64,000 bases of DNA from an uncultured virus (IMG/VR IMGVR_UViG_3300044997_001052) (lineage: Duplodnaviria > Heunggongvirae > Uroviricota > Caudoviricetes), in the IMG/VR virus record IMGVR_UViG_3300044997_001052; one strand, given 5' to 3'. The translations under genes were made by a program, and so were the position numbers. The notes under the pieces were generated by a model, which was given only the letters and a program-made list of their open reading frames with translations, was not told where the DNA came from and made no database searches. This document shows, piece by piece, positions 59,801 through 64,000 of the stretch. Numbering within the stretch: the stretch's first letter is position 1; every line of letters begins with the position of its first letter.

Positions 59801-62800
59801 CGCTGAGCTTAGCGAGTTGTTCGTCTGTTAGTTTTCCTTCTTTAGCAAGCATATCTGATGCTATTTTAATTTCATTTGAAAATTCGGTCATTAAATTTAT
59901 TCGTTTTGAATCTTCTTGAGTTCCTTCTACAATTTTTGTTGTTGCAGATTTTGTTAAATTTTCAAGTATAGTTTTTGGACTATATTGTGTCACGAGTTCT
60001 GGATCTTTAAAAAGCTCAGCAAAGTTTGATTGTTTTAATATTTTTGCTCCAGCTAATCTTCGCGCTTTTGCTTTGGCATCACCTCCTTCTGTTCCATCTC
60101 CTTGAGCAAAAAGTTCAGTTAAGTTTACTGATAACTTTGCAAAAGAAAATATCCCTTTTGCAGCATTATCCATTGCTATACCTGCTAATTCTATACTGCC
60201 ACCTAATTCTTTAAATTTTTCTATTACTTTTGTTATTTTTTCTTTTGGATCTCCTTCGCCTTCTAGTATATTCTTAATAGACTTTTTTATGCTTTCACTA
60301 TTTTTTTCTGTTATTTCTCCAGTAGTGACTAAATCACCAACAAAATTATTTAATTCTGTATTAAAATTTTTTAAGCTTTCTGCCGCTAAATCTGATGATA
60401 GTTTTTGAATAGCAAAGTTTTCTTTTTCTTCTTGAGTTAATTTTGCATAATTTTTTGGTACTCCATATTTTTCGAAAACTCCTCCGAACCCTTGAGATGA
60501 TCGAGTAATAGCTTCTACATATGCAATATCCATTTGTTTTATTTTTTTATCTATTTGTTCTTGCGGAAACGGCGACATTCCTGTTTCCATAACGCTTTTT
60601 GGTCCATTCTGAATATTAGTTAAATTTGTAAAGCCAAATGGATCACGGACCTCGCCAAAAAGAGGTCTGTCTGTTAATGATTTTTCTAAATCTTTGATTC
60701 CTTTAGATGTAGTAAATGAAACTAATTCAACAGCATTAGCATATCCAGATAATGATCCAATTAATTTCTCGTTATTAGAAAATAATTCTGCGAAAGTCTC
60801 TCCAGATCTTGTTCGTAACATTCCAAAAGCGGTAATATTTTCATCAAATGTATCTTTTAAATTTCCATCTTTTTTAAGTTTAGCGATGTTACTTGCAAAT
60901 TCATCTATGCTTTTTGCAGACTCTTTGATCGTAGAAGCTCTCCCTAAAGCTTCTCTTAATCTTTCTTCATCTCCAGACTCTACAGCGTTTATAATTTGAT
61001 TTCTTAATTCAGGACCAACGTCATTAAGCACTCTTCCTAAACTTGCTCGAGACTCTCTCTCTGCTCTCTGTAAATCTTTATTTGTACCTTTTATTTCTCC
61101 AGTTTGTAGTCCTCGGATTTGATCTCTAAAAGTTAAAAATCCTTGAACATTTTCATTAAATCTAGATAAATTATTTAAGGATTGCGCTGCTTGTTTCGCA
61201 AACTCTGCAGTTTTATCATTAAGTATCTCTAAAGATTTTTTAAATCCTAATACTGCTCCTACTGTAGCTCCTATAGCAATGCCAAATGGTCCAAATAAGG
61301 CTCCTGCTCCAGCAAAGCTTGCAAATGTTCCAAGCCCTTCTGCAGCAGCTTGAGCTTTTTGATCTCCTGGTCTAGAGGCAGCAATTGTTTGTGCAATGAT
61401 TGGAGCGCCGATACTTAAACCAATTCCTGCGGTTTGAATTCTCTGCGCACCTACTTGTCTCGCTTGTTGAGCTCTACCTAAAGCTTCTGATGCCCTTTGC
61501 GCTCTTTCTCCAGTAGTAGTATCTCTAATTCTTTCTAACTCTCTTAATTGCCTACCTCCACCAATACCTAATCCTAAAAATCCTCCAGCAGATCTTTCTA
61601 AATTAGAAACATTTTTATTAAATGATCTTGTGGCATTTGCAACTTCTTGTAGGCTACGATTCATATTTGTAACGCTTTGATTTGATAAATTATATTTTAA
61701 TTTTAATTGATCAACTTCTTTATTTGCGCTTTTTAGACTTCTTTGTTGATTTCTTAATTCATTTATAATTTTATTAAATTCTGCTTTAGCTTTTTGTATT
61801 TCATCTCTTGCATATGCTCCAGCATCTGTTGAGCCAAGAACGTTAGTTAAATTTGTCATCGCTGCTGGATTTAAACCTATGAATGGTCCTTGGCCAGCAA
61901 AATTCGGAATAAATCCCTCAGAAAATGATCCAGCTTTTTTTGCAACATTAATATTTTTTTGCGCTGCAATTCCTTGCTTGATACCATTTGGTTCATCATC
62001 TGTATTGTAAACTCCAATCCCTAAAGGATTTTTTGGACTCATTAAACGATTATCTTGTCCTACTCTAATTTTTGAAACTGGAACACCAGCGGCTAGTTCT
62101 CTCTTAATTGAAGACCCAAGTGCAGAAAAATTAGGAATGAATCCTGCAGATTTTGTTTTCTTAGCTTTTGTTTTACCTTCTTTAGTTGCAATTTTATCTG
62201 CAAAACTATCTAAATTTGAATCTGATAAACTATTTTTAAAATCTCCAGCTGTAAAATCTTTTAGTGGGCCAGCAGATTTAAATCTTTTTGAGATAGCTAA
62301 TAATTCTCCTCTGTCTAAGTCAAAATTAGAGATTTCGCTAGTTGTTACTCTTTTAATAGCAGCTTTGACAGAAGCTTCAAATACTTGTCCTGTGGCGGCT
62401 TCTACAGCACTCCTACTAAGATTTGATTTAATATATTGTTCAAATATTTTTTGATCTACTAATTGAGGACGTGTACTAACTTGACTTATATAATCTTTTG
62501 CATTTTGAACTAATGAATTAGATATATTATTATATAATTCATCTGGTATTTTTTCCCCTCCACCAGGAAATGGAAAAGCTGTAAATTTATAAGATTCACC
62601 AGTTTTACTTGTACCTCCAACAAAAAATGGAGGAGCTCCTCCAGCTGCATCTGGATAAACATATACTAATTTACTTCTAATTTTGGCTGCTTCTCTTGCT
62701 CCTTTGCCTTGAGCAGTTGCCAATTCTTTTTCTCTTAATTGTTTTACAATAATAGATTTTTTATTACTTTTTACTAATATTTGTCCCGCAGCTCGAATTA

Positions 62801-64000
62801 AACTTTTATCATTATAAAGGGTAGCGTTTGAGGCAAGATTTGCTCTTTCATAAAGTTCACCACCAAGTACTTCATATCCTTGTCGTAAATATTTTCTAAA
62901 CATCATTTGCTCTTTGATAGAATTCATTGGTAGTTCAGATCTAATAGCGGTAAGATTAAAATTAGGTATAAACCCTTGGCTTGCATAAGGGTCAAAACTA
63001 TTTTGAGCTATAAAGTTTTTTCTATATTCTTTTCCAGCTTTGCTTTTTGATGGTGGCATAATTGCTGGCTGAGACATTCCAGGAAACTTCTTAACTTTTT
63101 CAGCAGAATTATATATGATTTTACCTTCTCCAGAAAGATTCATTTCTCTTATCTTTCCTGGTTTATATCCACCTGCTAAAGCTCCATATATCTCCGACAT
63201 AGCATAATTTGGTATAAATCCAGAAGACTTAGTAGTTATTTGACCACTTTTAACAGCTACGCCTCTTGCGACTAACGAAGAACTAATTGTAGAAGATAAT
63301 GCCGCAGCTTGTGATCTCAACGCATTTTGCTCTTTTAATATTTTTAGTATTTGATTTTCTACAGATAAGACCGTAACTTGTTTAGCATTAATTGCGGCAA
63401 GTAATTGAGGCTCTTGACTTAGAACTTGATTAATTTTTGTTTGTAATTGGGCTCTTGCTTGAGCTTGTTGGTTTATACCCAATAAGTCTTTAAATCCAGA
63501 GGCTGCAAATTTAGATAAATTTAGAGCAAGCTTTCCGATAACAGCAGTAATTAAAACTATACCAGGGCCAGATACAAAAGTTGAAAGGCCTTTTAATATA
63601 CCCTCCCCTAGTCTACCCCCAATACTTTCACCGTCTTGACTATTTACAAAATCTAAAACTTTATTAACGCTTTTTAAAACATTTTCTATAGCTGGTTGAA
63701 AAGCGCCAGAACCTATTGTAGTACTAAGTTGTGCGGTATTCGCTATGGTTCTGTTAAATAAAGCGGCGATAGTTTCGTTTAAAGCTTCATTTCTTCTTAT
63801 AGCTTCATCTGTAGAAGACATAGAAGTTTTTAGAGCTCTATCATATATAGAATATTCTTTACCTAAATCTCCTAAAGCAGCCTTTAGGACGTTAATTTGA
63901 AAAACTCCTCCAACGCTTTCAGCGACTTGCGCTCTTTGAGAATCTCTAAGGGTATCAAATGTTGCGCCTAATTCTTTTAATATTTGTAATGCCGGTAAAG
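56892..64000 (-). CDS. tail tape measure protein, 5'-truncated by window edge (>2368 aa)
   Basis: frame stays open from 63998 (LPALQILKELGATFD...) into the 2309-aa ORF; helical Ala-rich; DDVPAMLSAGEYV; C-terminal EQQRPGGLL. Confidence 0.9.
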   Translation of the reverse strand, partial: LPALQILKELGATFDTLRDSQRAQVAESVGGVFQINVLKAALGDLGKEYSIYDRALKTSMSSTDEAIRRNEALNETIAALFNRTIANTAQLSTTIGSGAFQPAIENVLKSVNKVLDFVNSQDGESIGGRLGEGILKGLSTFVSGPGIVLITAVIGKLALNLSKFAASGFKDLLGINQQAQARAQLQTKINQVLSQEPQLLAAINAKQVTVLSVENQILKILKEQNALRSQAAALSSTISSSLVARGVAVKSGQITTKSSGFIPNYAMSEIYGALAGGYKPGKIREMNLSGEGKIIYNSAEKVKKFPGMSQPAIMPPSKSKAGKEYRKNFIAQNSFDPYASQGFIPNFNLTAIRSELPMNSIKEQMMFRKYLRQGYEVLGGELYERANLASNATLYNDKSLIRAAGQILVKSNKKSIIVKQLREKELATAQGKGAREAAKIRSKLVYVYPDAAGGAPPFFVGGTSKTGESYKFTAFPFPGGGEKIPDELYNNISNSLVQNAKDYISQVSTRPQLVDQKIFEQYIKSNLSRSAVEAATGQVFEASVKAAIKRVTTSEISNFDLDRGELLAISKRFKSAGPLKDFTAGDFKNSLSDSNLDSFADKIATKEGKTKAKKTKSAGFIPNFSALGSSIKRELAAGVPVSKIRVGQDNRLMSPKNPLGIGVYNTDDEPNGIKQGIAAQKNINVAKKAGSFSEGFIPNFAGQGPFIGLNPAAMTNLTNVLGSTDAGAYARDEIQKAKAEFNKIINELRNQQRSLKSANKEVDQLKLKYNLSNQSVTNMNRSLQEVANATRSFNKNVSNLERSAGGFLGLGIGGGRQLRELERIRDTTTGERAQRASEALGRAQQARQVGAQRIQTAGIGLSIGAPIIAQTIAASRPGDQKAQAAAEGLGTFASFAGAGALFGPFGIAIGATVGAVLGFKKSLEILNDKTAEFAKQAAQSLNNLSRFNENVQGFLTFRDQIRGLQTGEIKGTNKDLQRAERESRASLGRVLNDVGPELRNQIINAVESGDEERLREALGRASTIKESAKSIDEFASNIAKLKKDGNLKDTFDENITAFGMLRTRSGETFAELFSNNEKLIGSLSGYANAVELVSFTTSKGIKDLEKSLTDRPLFGEVRDPFGFTNLTNIQNGPKSVMETGMSPFPQEQIDKKIKQMDIAYVEAITRSSQGFGGVFEKYGVPKNYAKLTQEEKENFAIQKLSSDLAAESLKNFNTELNNFVGDLVTTGEITEKNSESIKKSIKNILEGEGDPKEKITKVIEKFKELGGSIELAGIAMDNAAKGIFSFAKLSVNLTELFAQGDGTEGGDAKAKARRLAGAKILKQSNFAELFKDPELVTQYSPKTILENLTKSATTKIVEGTQEDSKRINLMTEFSNEIKIASDMLAKEGKLTDEQLAKLSVGLDKAGQKASISGENLKFLEASISDATLKQEAINKYKAIEADLTQKLNGNVNLLIPALSNAAKSLSIIQQARRGEIFLEEKNSQLIKDSIDAIRSNRFEGLDIEELTRKSASDYQKEIADSTLQGINSINENTLDDQTRTLAKERLKALEQEQLNLIKSQGSLSVRQVSEFESKLKALTASNSSLKNGFDTLNTSILDSTLRQGAANKLEIIRTDLEKKYGDNLVKLDLATQAAADNLSLFAQSAEGAIFSDEFLSGRQAIREKNIKLGNTKPMDFLEAFTDTFDYNTSTLFRDVQLGAIDTARTIKSEFNNAFLSFANGTATASDAFRKMALNISDKIQQLALEFTTNLAFGQLFGSTSAFGGAGIFGNLFGKSKGGIIKGYSSGGTVTGGSGTKDDVPAMLSAGEYVIRKSAVKKYGPEYLQMLNQGRVEKKFLGGITQQITAAHGTAMAYGMMAASGAVSRENAYRMYKERKAINAQNSKFPSLHTSSFGDGMFNAIADRSSTFAPVFKSSNQPTSTTFGYSALSPRRKDDEQYFKHGGRVQKFLIGGPIKTAMAGLIAAGKVTAATSNPTDSSTTPTTATNYGTAGAFGSNVARLSRTVLKSQGLLSYNQSDTSLSNMYFKNGGRVQKFATGGELNYVAKNTFKVKDFDPIYIEETGQTLYRPKNGKLSAESDLNLRALLDSSNPQNELRKQMEQIYIDRINKIDDYLEYVDGVREANKKSYEENQRINKEIRDQYNRQKKQAITAGLIQAGIGLAGIGLSFLPGAGTEGGIFGNLFGSQSKYGPSAKLGASSAVRSNYLSSAPLRYSMPTPRAPMPRAMGGYIKKFADGGQNYKDNIPALLMGGEFVMRKEAVNLYGKKFFDELNSGRIKKFAEGGSASGQIGFSSNNQNAPINNVNVTVNLTQGQTMMESKQEKSGSELNEMSEKDKANMLGQRIKSQVIQTILEQQRPGGLLSSQMYKKRQ

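Noticed and set aside
359..62454. Short antisense or nested ORFs from the ORF track (e.g. 359..562, 4318..4551, 17961..18239, 36599..36928, 60694..60999, 62137..62454)
   Set aside because: They overlap well-supported genes and have no motifs or expression signals; treated as shadow ORFs
1..64000. Stop-codon reassignment (code 15 or 4)
   Set aside because: Conserved genes are full length in the standard code and end at TAA, TAG and TGA; the few breaks are explained by indels or deletion

Overview
AT-rich 64 kb segment of a large tailed dsDNA bacteriophage (lambda-type tail tip genes M/L/K/I/J and a very long, window-truncated tape measure protein; standard genetic code). Left part: small accessory genes and nucleotide metabolism (UvsE, PurA, IMPDH/GMPR-family, dCMP deaminase, dNMP kinase, class Ia RNR, ThyX) plus a sigma factor. 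Middle: two Cys-rich paralogous genes, a tmRNA, a divergent ~330 nt candidate structured ncRNA, and a ~9 kb glycan-synthesis island with signs of decay or switching. Right: replication module (RecA, DnaB, DnaG, DnaE split across separate genes), more glycosyltransferases and the tail module. Two promoter classes are visible by eye: sigma70-like TTGACA-N17-TATAAT, and a recurring GTGTAA motif 7-10 nt before start codons. Most notable unexplained structures: an array of 30-bp palindromic sites that exactly brackets a promoter+gene unit (2411-2906), the candidate ncRNA (19660-19991), and motif-delimited cargo-like segments in the tape measure protein. All calls come from manual motif reading; no database searches were run.
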